From: Tubiluchus corallicola | Lineage: Eukaryota; Animalia; Priapulida | Assembly (NCBI GenBank): GCA_030141605.1 | Contig: JAQGDQ010000407.1 | Span: forward strand, 126,942-190,941 | DNA: 64,000 nt | Reading direction: 5' to 3' | Part shown: positions 39,657-52,956 of the stretch, piece after piece | Position numbering within the stretch: position 1 is the first letter of the stretch | How the letters are laid out: the number at the start of each line of letters is the position of its first letter | Made by a program: the position numbers and the translations under genes | The notes under the pieces: model-generated | Database searches by the model: none | Told to the model about the DNA's origin: nothing | What the model saw: only the letters and a program-made list of their open reading frames with translations

Positions 39657-40328
39657 TTATTTTTGAGGCACGTAGTATCGTGGATCTGTGTCATCATCTC
39701 CTGAGGTGTCCACCCTTCCATAATCGTTATCACGCTTAGAAAACAGATGTGCACCACCTAAAGAGTCAAATCCACGCTTTGTGAATAAATGTGACCCACC
39801 CAGTGTGTCAAATCCACGTTTGTTGAATAGATGTGATCCACCCAATGTATCAAATCCACGTTTCGTAAACAGATGTGATCCACCCAAGGTATCAAATCCA
39901 CGTTTAGTAAACAGATGCGAACCACCTAAGGAATCAAAGGCTCTTTTTCCACCAAATAAGTGAGCGCCACCCAAACTGTCGAATGACCGCTTCCCTCCAA
40001 AAAGGTGAGCGCCTCCTAAACTGTCAAAACCTCTTTTGTCAAAGAGGTGCGACCCGCCGAGAATATCGAATGCCCGTTTACTAGCCAATGCCGCATTGGT
40101 TTCCTCTGCGGAGTCTTCTGCCATGTCCCATGGTGGTTGATTCTCATCCGCGTCGTATAAATCCTTAAGGTTCTCAAGTTCTTGCAACTGCCTCCCTAGT
40201 GTGTGCCATTCCCTCAGCTTCTGTCTGAGCACCTCTCTCTCTTCGTGGCGCCTATCGTCAGCAACTACGGAATCTAGAGGCTGCTGGCTGTCTAGTTCAT
40301 CACCAAACAAGGAATCAATTGCTTGTTC
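39657..40328 (-). CDS. Pedal peptide/orcokinin-type neuropeptide precursor, last coding exon (8 peptides)
   Basis: Acceptor tcatttcag|GAA at 40328, then an acidic spacer, then KR-flanked AFDILGGSHLFD, GFDSLGGAHLFGG, SFDSLGGAHLFGG, AFDSLGGSHLFT, GFDTLGGSHLFT, GFDTLGGSHLFN, GFDTLGGSHLFT and GFDSLGGAHLFS. The (F/L)D(S/T)(L/I)GG core matches pedal peptide/orcokinin-B-type peptides. The signal-peptide exon(s) were not resolved. Confidence 0.88.
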   Translation of the reverse strand, partial: EQAIDSLFGDELDSQQPLDSVVADDRRHEEREVLRQKLREWHTLGRQLQELENLKDLYDADENQPPWDMAEDSAEETNAALASKRAFDILGGSHLFDKRGFDSLGGAHLFGGKRSFDSLGGAHLFGGKRAFDSLGGSHLFTKRGFDTLGGSHLFTKRGFDTLGGSHLFNKRGFDTLGGSHLFTKRGFDSLGGAHLFSKRDNDYGRVDTSGDDDTDPRYYVPQK

Positions 40329-41768
40329 CTGAAATGACATGAAATGTAGCGTTAAGTTTTTTTTAAAAATCGTGCAAAAATTATCCCTATGATGACATCC
40401 CTATATGTCCTGTCTTTCTCCTATCAAGATTTCTCGGTAATTTGTGAACTTATTTCTATATGAAATTTGGTTACACTGAGGTCAAAATTACCGAAAAGTG
40501 TTTCTGACATGACTAAATTGGCTTTTAGACTGTTCATCAGTATCAACAGGTGGCAAGAAAAAACTTACTAAGTCAGTTGCGATCAAGTTGCACTAAATCA
40601 TTGATACCCACGCTTTTAAACATTTTAGGAAATTTAGGATTTTTGCCAAGTCTAGTTAAACATTCATTTGAAAATTTATCTTTTTTCAATTTTGAAGTTG
40701 TTTATGATCCGTCCTATATACTGAAATTTCACTGCAAACTTTAAATTACTATTAGAATAATACACAGATATGTCGAAACTTATTCCAAGTCCAAGGCAAG
40801 TAGCATAACAAACCCAAAGTCCAAGTCCAAACATATCACTGAAAGAATGAAATTTCGAAATTCATCTCACTCACTGGAAGCACAAATCTAAAGCTGTGCA
40901 ATTCTCGCTAGCTGATAGACCTATAAATTATAACTATGTGTGAAGACCTATCCAAAGTCTTTTCAGTGATTAACTCAGCTCAGTTTGGGCTACGTCTCTA
41001 GCTTTCTCTTGAGTATTAACATTATTTTGAGTTTGTTATAGGTGACTTAAACAGACATCACGTCACCCCCACGTAACCCTATAAGGAGCCCCGTGATAGG
41101 ATATTTAGCGTACTGGATTCTGCTTAATTACTTGACTTTTTACGATGTCTTAATACGTTTGTTTCGTATTAAAAAAACAGAATAATTTTTCATTTGCGTA
41201 GTCAGCACAAAATTCTGTAACTTAAGCAATCCGAGCACGGAATTGATTTTTCATTTTATTATCATTTTGTTTTTGACAGGCTTTAGAGCTAGTGGATAGA
41301 ATCACTCGTGAAAATACCGCGTCAGTGCGTACTGGCCTTAACATTTCGAAACTTTTGGACATGTTCTGCGCAACAATGGCGTATGTTTTTAGGATTATTC
41401 AGTGGTGTAAAATCAAAGAAATAATGTCCAGGTTTTCGGACAACTATTCGTGTATAACACACAGGGTGGTGACCAGCAGCATCATTTTCTCGCTTTTATA
41501 ATTAGGCCTAACAATAAAATATAAATAAAATTTTTTCATTGTTTTGTTGGATCTTCGTTTAACGCTAGAGAAAAACTTAGGCCTATTTCTTAAGGTTTTG
41601 CCTGGGGCTCAGGCAACTGAACTGCTTTATCACTTTGTGGCTGCAATTTGTATAATGTAAAAAATGACGCTATAAATTTGCAGAAGTCTGGTGTTAATCA
41701 TAAACATGACAAAGTGCCCAGTACGTCCAGCGCGAGCTTTCGTCCTTCGTCACTTCGTCACATGCATA

Positions 41769-41881
41769 CAGGGCCTATTTCAGGGGGGGGGGGTATTTCA
41801 CCGGGGCCTCACCCTCTAGGGGGGCCTCGCGCCAAGGTAACATTTTTTGCTTTATGCGAACCTACCGCCTCCTCTCTCTCT

Positions 41882-41954
<73 letters not shown>

Positions 41955-42107
41955 TTCTCTTCGAAAATGCTTCTCCGGCGTTCTAGCAGTTCAAAAATTT
42001 TCTGGGCGCCAGCCATGGTAGCGCTCGCTCCCCGGTGCTTTGCCACCCCCCCCCCCCCGTGGGGCCTTACATCTTCTCGGGCCTCGCCTAGGCTGAAATA
42101 AGCGCTG
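41769..42107 (+). mobile_element. hAT MITE family C, copy 1 (contains (CT)n)
   Basis: TIR CAGGGCCTATTTCAG / CTGAAATAAGCGCTG; perfect 8-bp TSD CATGCATA. Confidence 0.9.
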
Positions 42108-44751
42108 CATGCATATCATACGTATTGCTACAGATTTATGCAATGTGTTACGTAATTATGTTGGAAATGTATTGCTTATATCAGGAACTGTTGCAGATTG
42201 GCTGCTTTCACTAATCAGGTCAACAAACAGAGGATTGACAGGCGTCACACCTGCACTTATTGATAATTACCTGCTGCCGGTTATTGCTTATTAACTTTGC
42301 TCACGGCTGTGAACAAGTTTCAGCTATGTGACAGCAGAAATTATTACGCTGAAAAAATTATGAAAGGACTAATTGCTTCTGACTGAAAAAGGCATTCTAT
42401 GTAAGAAAGTCGTAGTGACAGCAAATCTGACGCCTCCGCTCTTGCTCTAAATTACTTCTTGCTATTTCTTCTTATTCATAGCCATCATTACATTAACAAT
42501 AAGAGAACTAATAAGGGCTTCTGAAAGCCATGTAGAGCTTTAAAGGAACGTCTAACACGTGACGGCTTTTTGGAACACATAAAGCTAAAAGGAATTTTTA
42601 CTTCTGTCAATGCAATGTAACTCTTTTTTTATTTTCTACTTTGCACATTCCTATTTCCTTCTGTTCAATCACGATGAGTAATTACATTAAAAAGCACAGA
42701 AGTCGCTAACCCCGCGTTCACAAAAGAATTCCCTAAACAGAATGCCCCAGAACTCACCAGTCTTTGTACCGCACTTCTCTGTACCGCAACCGTTTCAAAT
42801 TCATATTTATAAAATTTAGTAATGAATGGTCAAATTTCATATGAATAACGTACAGTTGCTGAAAAAACAATGGAAAATTGCTAACGCGATAAAATTGCAT
42901 TAAGTTTTATAACAAATGGCGAATTTAAGCTAAATGGCATTAAAAACTTTAAAAGTGAGCGGGTTACATTTGCCGATTATCAGAGTTACAAAATGTGGTA
43001 GGCCTACACTCAGTCAGTTCTTCTGTTTATTTACGTTAATAAAGATGTATGGTCCCATCCGCTGCATGACTGTGCGTTTTTAAGTCTAATATTAATATAG
43101 GCTGGAATGTTTGAGTGGTTTGCTACTTTCATACCGCGCTGTCTCTTACTTCTCGTCTTTCCGCTTTATGACTCAGTTTCTCACCTTTTCAACATTTTAA
43201 TCTGCGCCTAAAATCAGCAGCTAATAATAAATCTTAAAGCTGAGAAGAAACTTTCCAAATTTGGCCCTTTAGGGCCTACTCAGTACATTTGTTTATTGTT
43301 GTTTTATCTGTTTATCTTGTTTATCTATTTAATTCTGATGTTTGTTTTATGCTTGTTCTAATGTTTCTGGAATAGGCCTAGGCAATAAGTTTGAACCTAA
43401 CCTTGAGTCTTTGCACTATTATAATAGTTGCCTCTAAATGCTTATTGAACATTGTCTATGTATATGTCTCACAATAACCACACGATGTCATCAGTTACTT
43501 CATTAGTCCATAGATTCTCTAAAGCTTGCAATCTAAGTTCAATTTGCCTACATTACAATCTGCTATACCAAAAGTCCAAAATCACAGCTAAAAATCCAGC
43601 TTAACAATCGTGAGAACAAAAATCATCTTAACCACACTAATGCCCACCACCCCCTCACCCCACTCCTCATAACTGTGTACGAATCTAAATAACTGAGAAT
43701 ATGTTAATTAATAGTGAGATGACTGTATATTATTCGCTTTACCGCTGCTATTATGTTAGCTACAATTGGAATCGATCGGCTAATGCAAATAGGATTATGA
43801 TCAAATAACGTAGACTGCGCCTTATTTGCTCTTCAAGGATACATGTCTTGAAAGTAGCACGTCAAGGCTTCTTCATTGACACATTCATATTAACATTTAA
43901 TGCAGTTGTCTGTAATGTATTCTAGCCTTGGGAATTCTTAAATTCCAGATGATAGTCTTCGCAACGTACCAATGAAAATTTATAACTAAACAAATTTTCT
44001 TAAAAACGCCACGGTGTCAAAATTTGAGGTGTTCTTTCTCCCCCAAAGAAAGCTAAATTTAACAATTTGTCTTGACTTTAAAACGAAGATAATTTAACCG
44101 TAGTTCCTCAGCAAAGTGGGAACAAAACAATGTGAAACCAATTTATTTTGTAAACCGTTAACTAAAGTGAAGCCTAGCAAATCTTTAGACTAGCTCATTA
44201 CATGTCGGATTACTAAATAAACGTAATGTAATATAATGTAAAATTCATTTAAATAGCGCACTACATCATTTAAAATTTCAGCACGCTGAGCAATAAAATA
44301 CATTCAAAATTCATGAAAAAGCATAAAATTTGAAAGACATTAAAGATTAAAAATGGTTCATCATAAAAAGGACAATTTAAACAAATGTGTTTAAAGATGT
44401 TATTTAAAACAATCTAATGAATTTGCAGAAGTATAGCAACAGGTAAGCTATTCCAGAGCATAGACAGAAGAAGCTTTTTCTCCATAAAATACTGTATTAG
44501 GGATTGGCTGATGTAAATTAATTTTCCATTAGCATTAGAACGAAGTGTTCGGCCTATGCTATGGCGTATCAAAAGATAGTAAGGTATGCCGGTGCCGAAG
44601 CACGTAGTATTTTGTAGGTGATACAAAGAATTTTAAACTGAATTCGAAACTTTGTCAGCAACCAATTAACTCTCTTAGAATGGGTGTAATATGATCATAT
44701 TTTCTAGTTTTCGTAATGAGACGGGCAGCAGAGTTCTGAATTAGTTGGAGT

Positions 44752-45258
44752 CAGGCCCTATTTGAAGGGGGGAAGTGGGGATACTTCCCCGGGGCCTCAC
44801 CCTCCAGGGGGACCTCGCGCCGAGGTAACTTTTTTTGCTTTATGCGAACATACTGCCTCTTCTCTCCCTCTCCCTCTCCCTCTCTTGCCGCACGAGCGCC
44901 GTTTGCCTTGTGCGGCTCGGTGCCGATGTTCAGCTATTTTCAATTTCGGAATTTCTAACACCAGCTTGTACGGAAGTGAGAGTATGGTATTACATATTGC
45001 AAAGATGGTGTTTTTTATTTGTCTATTTGACGAGTATTAAAGACTGGTCTTGAGAATAAAGCAGTGTTTCTTTCAATTGTTCTTTCCTTTAACAACCGTA
45101 TAACTCCACATTTTCTTTTCGAAAATGCTTCTCCGGCGTTCTAGCAGTTCAAAAATTTTCTGGGCGCCAACCATGGTGGCGCTCGCTCCCCGGCGCTCCC
45201 CCAGGGGGCCTCACACCCCCCACTTCCCCGGGCCTCGCTTTAGCTGAAATAGGCCCTG
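44752..45258 (+). mobile_element. hAT MITE family C, copy 2 (longer internal region)
   Basis: Homologous to 41769-42107; TSD GTTGGAGT / GTTAGAGT (7 of 8 match). Confidence 0.88.
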
Positions 45259-46299
45259 GTTAGAGTTTGAGATTTTCATGTTCAGGGAGTCCAAAAAGTA
45301 AGAGAATTCACAGCAACAATCTCGAACTTTGCTACGAAATTGTTGCTGGCAAGAACAAGGTGGGTCAAAACGTGAGTCATCATGTGAGCATAAATTTTCA
45401 TGGACCTTCTACTTTTCTGTACTTGTGTTCATTTTCTAATTAAAATATTTTGCCTAGAGTAGCTGCTGACTTTGCAAGCCTTTCGTTTCTTCGAAACTGG
45501 GGCGCAGATTTTTCAAAATAAGTAAATTTACAGAAAAGATCAGGTAGGGATTCTTGATATTCGTTTAGAATAAAAGAGAAAGACGACAAGCACGGATAAA
45601 ATCGCAAAAACAGATCGATTGAAAAGCGGAATCTTTGCACCTGCTCAGCTAGTCTTATTGTCTAATAGGCTAATTATCATGAAATGAGTTTACTGGGCAT
45701 TTAACAGGAAAACTATTTAAAAGGCTACAAAAGCTCCCAACAAAATCTTTGCAATGCATGTTGTGGGGTGGGAGCTTAATTTACGTAATAACTACATCGC
45801 CATTTCGTCCTCACCATTATCATTGTCGCCATCATCATTATCGTATCATCAGAATCATCAATTTCATCATCATCAACATCAGTCATTTTTGTCATCATCA
45901 ACATCGTCATCGTCTTCTTCTTCTCCATCTTCGTTTTCTTCTATTTCTTCTTCATTACCGTTATCATAAATATTATATTATGGTCAGCTTAATTATCGTT
46001 AATTTTCATCATTTTTGACAATAACAGCAAAAAAGACAAAAACAACTTCAGCAACAACAACAACAACAACAACAACTAACTATACTATCGGACAATAACA
46101 ACAGCAGCAGCCAAACAGCAAAAGCCATGACCACGGCAACGACAAGTACAAAGACAAAAACAAGGCACGCATGTACGAGAAAAGGCAACAATGGCGATAA
46201 TGACAACAGCAACAACAACAATGGTAACAACAGCAGTATGACCAATAATGCATAGGAACACCTACAAACATAATGCAGTATCACGAATGCTCGGTTTGT

Positions 46300-46929
46300 T
46301 TAAAAGAAGGCAGGATTATTTTTAATATACTACCCTTATTTTCAAATACGGTAAAAAGTACACATTTTAACACCAACAATACCGCAAAAACGTTTCTGAT
46401 AATTATATAATAGATAAAAAACTTAATTAATGGCGGGCGAGCCCAATTATTGATGACATCACAAGCTAACATAATTTTCACCAGCAAAAACGTTCCAGGG
46501 GCGTGTTGCACGTGTTTGAGAAAGGGAAAATTGAAGCACAGCGCTCCTGTAAGATATTCAGCGTGTTGTACTGAAACTAAGGTTGTTTTAAGGTAAAAAT
46601 TCAAATTTCGAATTTATCACTGAACTAACGCATGAGCTGTCTGTCGAACGTGTGTAGTTCGTCACAAACTAACACATCTGAATTGAAAGGTACAGGACCT
46701 GTTTTCTGTGCGACGCTTTTCGAAATGCAGGCGTTAGTGCCCGTCTAACTAGCGAATGTCGAAATGCATGTACCAGCGAAGAACTAATGGCGCGAACGCG
46801 AAATTGTGTTTGTGTGGTAATAATTCTTTCACGTAAGTCACTCTTTAAAAATATTATGTTTCCTTTCAATATTTTAAAGAATAGGTTGTTTTGACCTACA
46901 GTTTAACGTAGGGTCCAGTTTTGCGTTAA
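46300..46929 (+). mobile_element. MITE family A copy (Kolobok-like), full length
   Basis: TTAA at both ends (46300-46303, 46926-46929); homologous to the other copies. Confidence 0.82.
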
Positions 46930-48381
46930 TGTTAGGACAGAACAAACACTTGATACCCAGAATGAAAAATGTAACAGTTCTTGCGTTCTATCGGCTAATT
47001 TAAATACTATTGCAGCGATATCAAATTCTTAAGACGCAAACCACCTTCAGAAGCCTGTCAGGTATCATTCCTAACCCATAAAACTAGGCGCAGTTCGCAT
47101 GCTTGCCTTTACGTAGAAATTTTTAAATTTCGGCGGCCATTTTAAACAGTTTAGAGCATTAACGATAGCTGCATCGTGATAATTGACTTTTTCCATTCTC
47201 ATAAAACATCATATCTTATTTGGACGTGTTTGAATAACTTGTTACAGCGGCCTTTGCCATTCTTGGTATCCATCTTAAATCTTACCTAAATGGAGTTCAT
47301 CTCCATGAGTCTTTAACCCACGGGGATGTTTTGTTGTGGCGAGCTTCTCAATCCCACTGTTCCCAGTGCGCTCCACATGTTCTAGCCAAGCTATTCTAAC
47401 CCATCCAGCGAAGAGGATGATGACGGCAGCGCAGTGGATTCCCGAAAAGCGACTCCGTATTATAATTAAATAATTGCTGAAGTGACTTAAGTACATACAT
47501 TTATAAGAAAGGAAGCCGTGTTATCTTTTTTAAATCCATAGCAGCACACATGTCTTATATTATATGCTAGTGCATTAGTCCTGCAATAATTTATGAAACC
47601 AGAAATGCTTCAGAAAACTTCAGAATACGTTCATCTTGAAAACTAACAGACTTTTTCAGCGGAGACTGATATTCTGCTCTTGAAATAACTACACATAATG
47701 TCATTTAATAAATTATTGCGTTAGCCCGTCACTATATGCAGTAATCGTGGATTTGCTTTCACAAATCTTACTCAAGTTTTTTGTCAATAACAACGTTATT
47801 CTTTATCTCCATCGCCAACGCGCATTTCAAACATTTATGTATTCATTTTGCAAAACCACATGCGCCTGTTAAGCATTCATGGAGCTTAGAAACTTAAATC
47901 AATTTGACATCACTGCGGTTACGGATAGTTTGGCTTTATAGTTTTCTGGTCTGTCAAACTCAATTTATAGCATCTATACCACTTTAATTCCGGGGCACCT
48001 GCAGCCTTGGTTTCACATAGATCAGTAGTTTAATACAGAGTTGTAACCGCTAATTCACCTAACTGCATAATTAACCAAGTACTTGGTGGTGTAGAATTAG
48101 AATAGAGCAACAGAGTAAGCATTTCAGTATTGTTAGCTGGTAAATCTGTTCATTTACGTAAACGCTCTGCCTAGTCTGCTTGCCTGTTTGCATCTGCGTC
48201 TCTGTGTACATACGCCACTTAAAAAAGCAAGTTCCTGTGAACGCTCTGCAGGCGTGAGATTATAATACATGTACTTAAAAGCTATGAGTCGCTGACCCTA
48301 ACACCGGAAGTATGCCAGAAGCTGTTACTCTAGCAAATCAGATGTGTATTAAAATGTGTCTTGTATTACTCGGCCTCAAGG

Positions 48382-48590
48382 CCAATCAACAACAACTTAG
48401 AAGTAGTGTTCGTCTCCATGGTGACAGGTCAGCAAAGGACGTCACTATGGTGACAGGTCAACATAGGCTCGTTGCTAGGTGTTGTTAAGGATAGATGTTT
48501 TTACATGTGTGACATAAGTTAACTAAGCTTAGCCTCAGAATTGGGGTATATAAGGACCAGCATTATCACCTGGAAAGTAACCAGTTTGTA
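48382..48590 (+). promoter_or_regulatory. Core-promoter-like module: CCAAT, two X-box (RFX)-like sites, TATATAA, Inr-like CAGT
   Basis: CCAAT 48382; GTCTCCATGGTGAC 48412-48425; GTCACTATGGTGAC 48441-48454; TATATAA 48547-48553; CAGT at 48582. It may be part of an LTR. Confidence 0.35.
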
Positions 48591-49649
48591 GACTCAAGTG
48601 CTTTGCTATAGATTCTGCACCAGGCGTTTCTGTAGCCTCTTAGACTTATTGTGGATGTTCATCGGTGCACTTTATACTCAATATGCTTTACGATCACATA
48701 TGCTAAACAAGACTTCATGTTTTACACATGCTTCATCACACTAAGAAGACAACGTCGACATACGTTCATTATTACTGATACCATCATTACGAACTACTTC
48801 ATTATTGCTATAGCTTTAAATGCAATGACTCATCTGTACAATTTTCCATGTGTCCATTGTTCTATCGAAACGTCGTTCACGTATTATCACGGAAAACTTT
48901 TGTAAAAATTTGGAAACAAAAGTACAGATGAGAACTAACAGTATGATTTCAAAGCTATGTAACTTATGCATATAAATCCAGTGCAGGTAGCAAATTATTA
49001 TTATTTAGACGCTTGATAGACAATTTCGAAAAAAATAATAATTTACACTTGTATCAATATTCTGTGACAGAAATTAAAAAGCAAACATGCAGAGTTACAT
49101 TTGTTTTGCCTGTTTCAAAAGAAGTCACATCATTCATACACGTTTGTCATGTTTGTCAGCTTTGTTCGCAACACAGTCTTTTCTTGTGATTCTCGTGATA
49201 CGCCTCCAAGGGGTTCCTTTAAGCACGCTGCATCATAGAATGAATAATATCAAAGTAATTAGTCTCGTGAACTTTCATATTAATGACATGTTACAAGTCA
49301 TATATGATCAACGTAGTCGAAGCTGTGAAGCAGTAAGGTCCTTTTCTTCTAAAAGGAAAAGAAAGGCTACATGTTGAGCTCACAACTTGTAGCCTCATAT
49401 TGTAGCACACCGCAAACACTTATTGCAGAAATTCTGCAAGCTGCATAAAATATGATGACAAAATTCGGCATCGTTCTTTGCATATTATATTGCCGCAAGG
49501 CATGGAGAGAGTGTTTTCTAAAAGTTGTTTTTTGTCTTTTTTCTCCTCTGATCAGACAAAAGACCTTTTATCGCTGGTCAATGTTGAAAAATATTAAAAA
49601 AACAATAAAGCATTAAAAACAACATTGTATATATACTTGTCCACATTAC

Positions 49650-50268
49650 TTAAAGGAAGACAGGATGATTTTTCATATGCTACCCCATTTTCAAGTCGGA
49701 TAAAAAGTATACATTGTAACACAATTAATACTGCACAAACGTTTCTGATAATTAAATAATAGATTAAAAACTCTATTAACGGCGGGCGAGCCCAACTACT
49801 GATGACATCACAAACTAACATAATTTTCAACAGTAAAAATATTTCACGAATATAAATAAACACGTGTTTGCGAAAGCGAAAATTGAAGTACAATGAAGTA
49901 AGAGATTAAGTGTGTTGTACTAAAACTACGCAAGTTTTAAGATAAAAACTGAAATTTCAAATTTACTGCTGTGCGCACATATGAGCTGTCAAACGTGTCA
50001 CAAACTAACACATCTGATCTGAGAGGTACGGCACCTGCTTTTTGTGCAAAGCGTTTCCGAAATGTGGGCGCTAGTGTCCGTCTAGCTACCGAATGGAGAA
50101 ATGCGTGTAGCAGCGAAGAATTAGTGGCGCGAACGCGAATTGTGTTTGTGTGGTAATAATTTTTTCACATAAGTGACATTTTTGAAAGAATATTATGTTT
50201 CCCTTCAATATATGAAAAAGTAGATTGTTTTTTGACCTGCAGTTTAATATTGGGTCCGGTTTAGCTTT
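49650..50268 (+). mobile_element. MITE family A copy (Kolobok-like)
   Basis: Starts TTAA-AGGAAGACAGGATG; homologous to the other copies. Confidence 0.8.
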
Positions 50269-52418
50269 TCGACCATTCAGACAATTTGGTGTCTTTTAAT
50301 TGAGGTTTGTCCTTCGAATCAAACCCAAGCAGAGCAGATGGGTGTGCCGATCTGAAAACTCATTTTTGAGCTTTTTGCCAGTTTTTTCTGTAGATCAAAT
50401 AATTATCCTCAGGTAGGTGATGATTATTCATAAAAAGTTTTTGTTGAGGTATATTGTTGCATAGCAACAGAGTTACCTGATAGTAAATGTGAATAAATTC
50501 AATTTAAATAAATTTCGCAATATATTTATTTTTGTTTGGTCATATATTTAGATTAGTAAATATCGTTTCTAGTACTCTTTACGACATTACGACATTACTC
50601 ATTACGACACCTTTTTTCGCGCCTCAAGTGCAAAGATCAATGTTTGTTGTTATGTTGGCCAGGATATAATAGTTGATGCGCTGATTAGTAATCTAGTAGG
50701 GCAAATAAGTTATGTGTGCCTAAGATATACCAGACGATCACAAGGATTGATAGTAGCAATAAAAAGAGTATAAATTTGTCTATAACGTTTTTAAAGGAAG
50801 TATAACGCATTTTCTTCAGCTATGCGTAAAATGTCAAACTTTTGCACCAAACACTAAAAACACAAAGTTAAAAAACGTAAATTTGAACATCAGAAATCCA
50901 AAATTTTGAACTCCAGTATTATACACAAGCTATGACTATGACTACTGTCACTCTTCAAATTGTGTGGCACTTTTAAAGACTACAAATGTGACTATTCTGT
51001 GACAAATTGCAAAAAAATGTGTAATTAATCACATTCTAAATACACACTAACGTGCCATTTTAACACTGATATATTAAATAAATAAAATAATACAAAACGA
51101 AATAAATTATTTCGATCTCTAATAATTTCATTTGAGAATCTTTATTAAAACACCCTTGTACTTAATGGAATTATTTACCATGGACATTCTCTTACTGTCC
51201 TGCCCCAGTCACGCTGTCTGACACTTGCAATAAAATAAAAGCTACAACTTTTACATCATTAGGACCAAATTAAACTCTGTAGAAATACTCTAACTTCGTA
51301 AAACCAGCACATTTGATTTGGCATAACCCTTTTGTCCAACATACGTTTTCAAAAGCAATATGACACTGTTGTTCAAGCAGTCTCCAGAATGAGGGGTTGA
51401 CGCGCCACTCCGAATGCTCTACATATTAACAAGCTAGTTCAACAACCTGCTGTAATGTTGTATATTAAACTAAATAGTCGACCCTTAAGTCAAGTTAAAA
51501 AATAAACGTATCACCGATTGGATGTTTAAACAATAAGCCACCCTCACGGCTGCACGTTCATATGACAAACCTAGGACCCATACAATAGACAAGAACAGCG
51601 CCAAACTGTTGTTCACACAATTAAACTTAGAACTACATAAGCGTAAAAGCCTTATGTAGTTCTTGCACGTTTGCAGGACCGTCGTACAACCGCGTACGTG
51701 TGAATGTGTCTTAAACTTGCTTTTTCAGACAATCAAATTCAACAAGGAAAATGTTGCGCGGCTTTAAACTTGCGTGCGGTAAACAAAAAATTAATTGCTG
51801 CCATTTAGACACGCGTAAAAGCGTCGTTAACTTTTAGTAGATTATTTTTTACACATTTAGTCCTGACAAAAATTAACGTATTTTATCGTGTAAGTGACTT
51901 TCTTGACATAAATTAAAAAACGCATTAAAATTAAAAGTTGCGTGAATGTCGTCATTGTGCTTTTTATTATAATTTGCATAAAGTAATTTGGAACAACAAA
52001 AGCCCTAGAAAAACGCGAAAAAAAACAGAAAACTATAATGCAATAAAAATTAAAACAGCGACAACAAGGGGTATAGGTAACCTCACGACTCTTTAAAAAA
52101 GGCCAGGTGGGCCTATTTGTGTTTGTTACTTTTCAACATTATATAATAATAATCATGACAACGACGATGCTAATTAATTTTTATTTTAGATTTTAATCAA
52201 TACCTGAAATACTATAGAAAACAAATAAGCGATGCAGTCTATAACACAATATACACAACATAGAAACTGTACAAATGGAGTACAGGCAAGTTTAATAATA
52301 AATGAAGAGGTTAATTCACTACGATAACGACGAGATGCTGGTGATGATGATTATAACATAGAAAGCAATTCTGCTATGTTCCATTTGTGATGCCTTTACT
52401 TGTGACTAACTAATGATC

Positions 52419-52538
52419 GTCTACGGCCAAATCACGATGAAAACACCGGTTCTCGTCTGATCACCGAAGTAAAGCAACGTAGAGCCTGGTTAGTACTTGG
52501 ATGGGTGACCGTCTAGGAATACCAGGTGCTGTAGGCTT
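52419..52538 (+). pseudogene. 5S rRNA-derived sequence (head of a SINE, not a terminated 5S gene)
   Basis: 120-nt match to metazoan 5S (GTCTACGGCC...GATCACCGAAGTAAAGC...GTTAGTACTTGGATGGGTGACC...GTGCTGTAGGCTT). No oligo-T terminator follows. Confidence 0.9.
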
Positions 52539-52956
52539 GCGGGATGCCCACACTGTATCTCGATACTAGGCGGAGGAGCTGCACAAGCAGCCAACGGCTA
52601 GAGGGCGGAGGAGGTCAAGTGACCCAACGGCCATGTGTAGAGGAGTAAACCTTCCAAATCAGGAGTGGAGCCCCGAAGGCGGACCAGTCCAGCATGCTCA
52701 CTGACTCCGGCAGCTCCTGCAGCCAACCTGTTGCCAAACGTATCACTCCGCTTTCCTTTGGACTACACCAGAGAGGAAGAGAGGAGATTCCTGTTGTCTG
52801 GGCAACTGAGGATCTCCATACACCTTGCCCAGGAGCTGGAGACGTTCAAGGATCGCACTGCTCAGCCACAGTCGACGCTGCAGCTCCATCAATGTGATCA
52901 ATAACTGACTCTCTTGGCGTACACTCCATTGTCTTCCGAGACGGAAGGATGCCAAC
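52419..52956 (+). mobile_element. 5S-derived SINE (SINE3-type), 538 bp, with 11-bp TSD
   Basis: Full 5S head, ~420-nt GC-rich body and a short CAAC end, flanked by the exact duplication AACTAATGATC (52408-52418 / 52957-52967). Confidence 0.85.

Noticed and set aside
40329-40340. ATG at 40340 as the neuropeptide start codon
   Set aside because: It gives no signal peptide and lies within a splice-acceptor tract (tcatttcag).
41281-41420. Plus-strand exon-like segment after a good acceptor (ALELVDRITREN...) as a continuation of the NIT gene
   Set aside because: No cyclase motifs; it resembles a degraded LINE RT segment (ALELVD..I...SKxxD).
52419-52538. Functional 5S rRNA gene
   Set aside because: Single copy, no oligo-T terminator, and embedded in a TSD-flanked longer unit.
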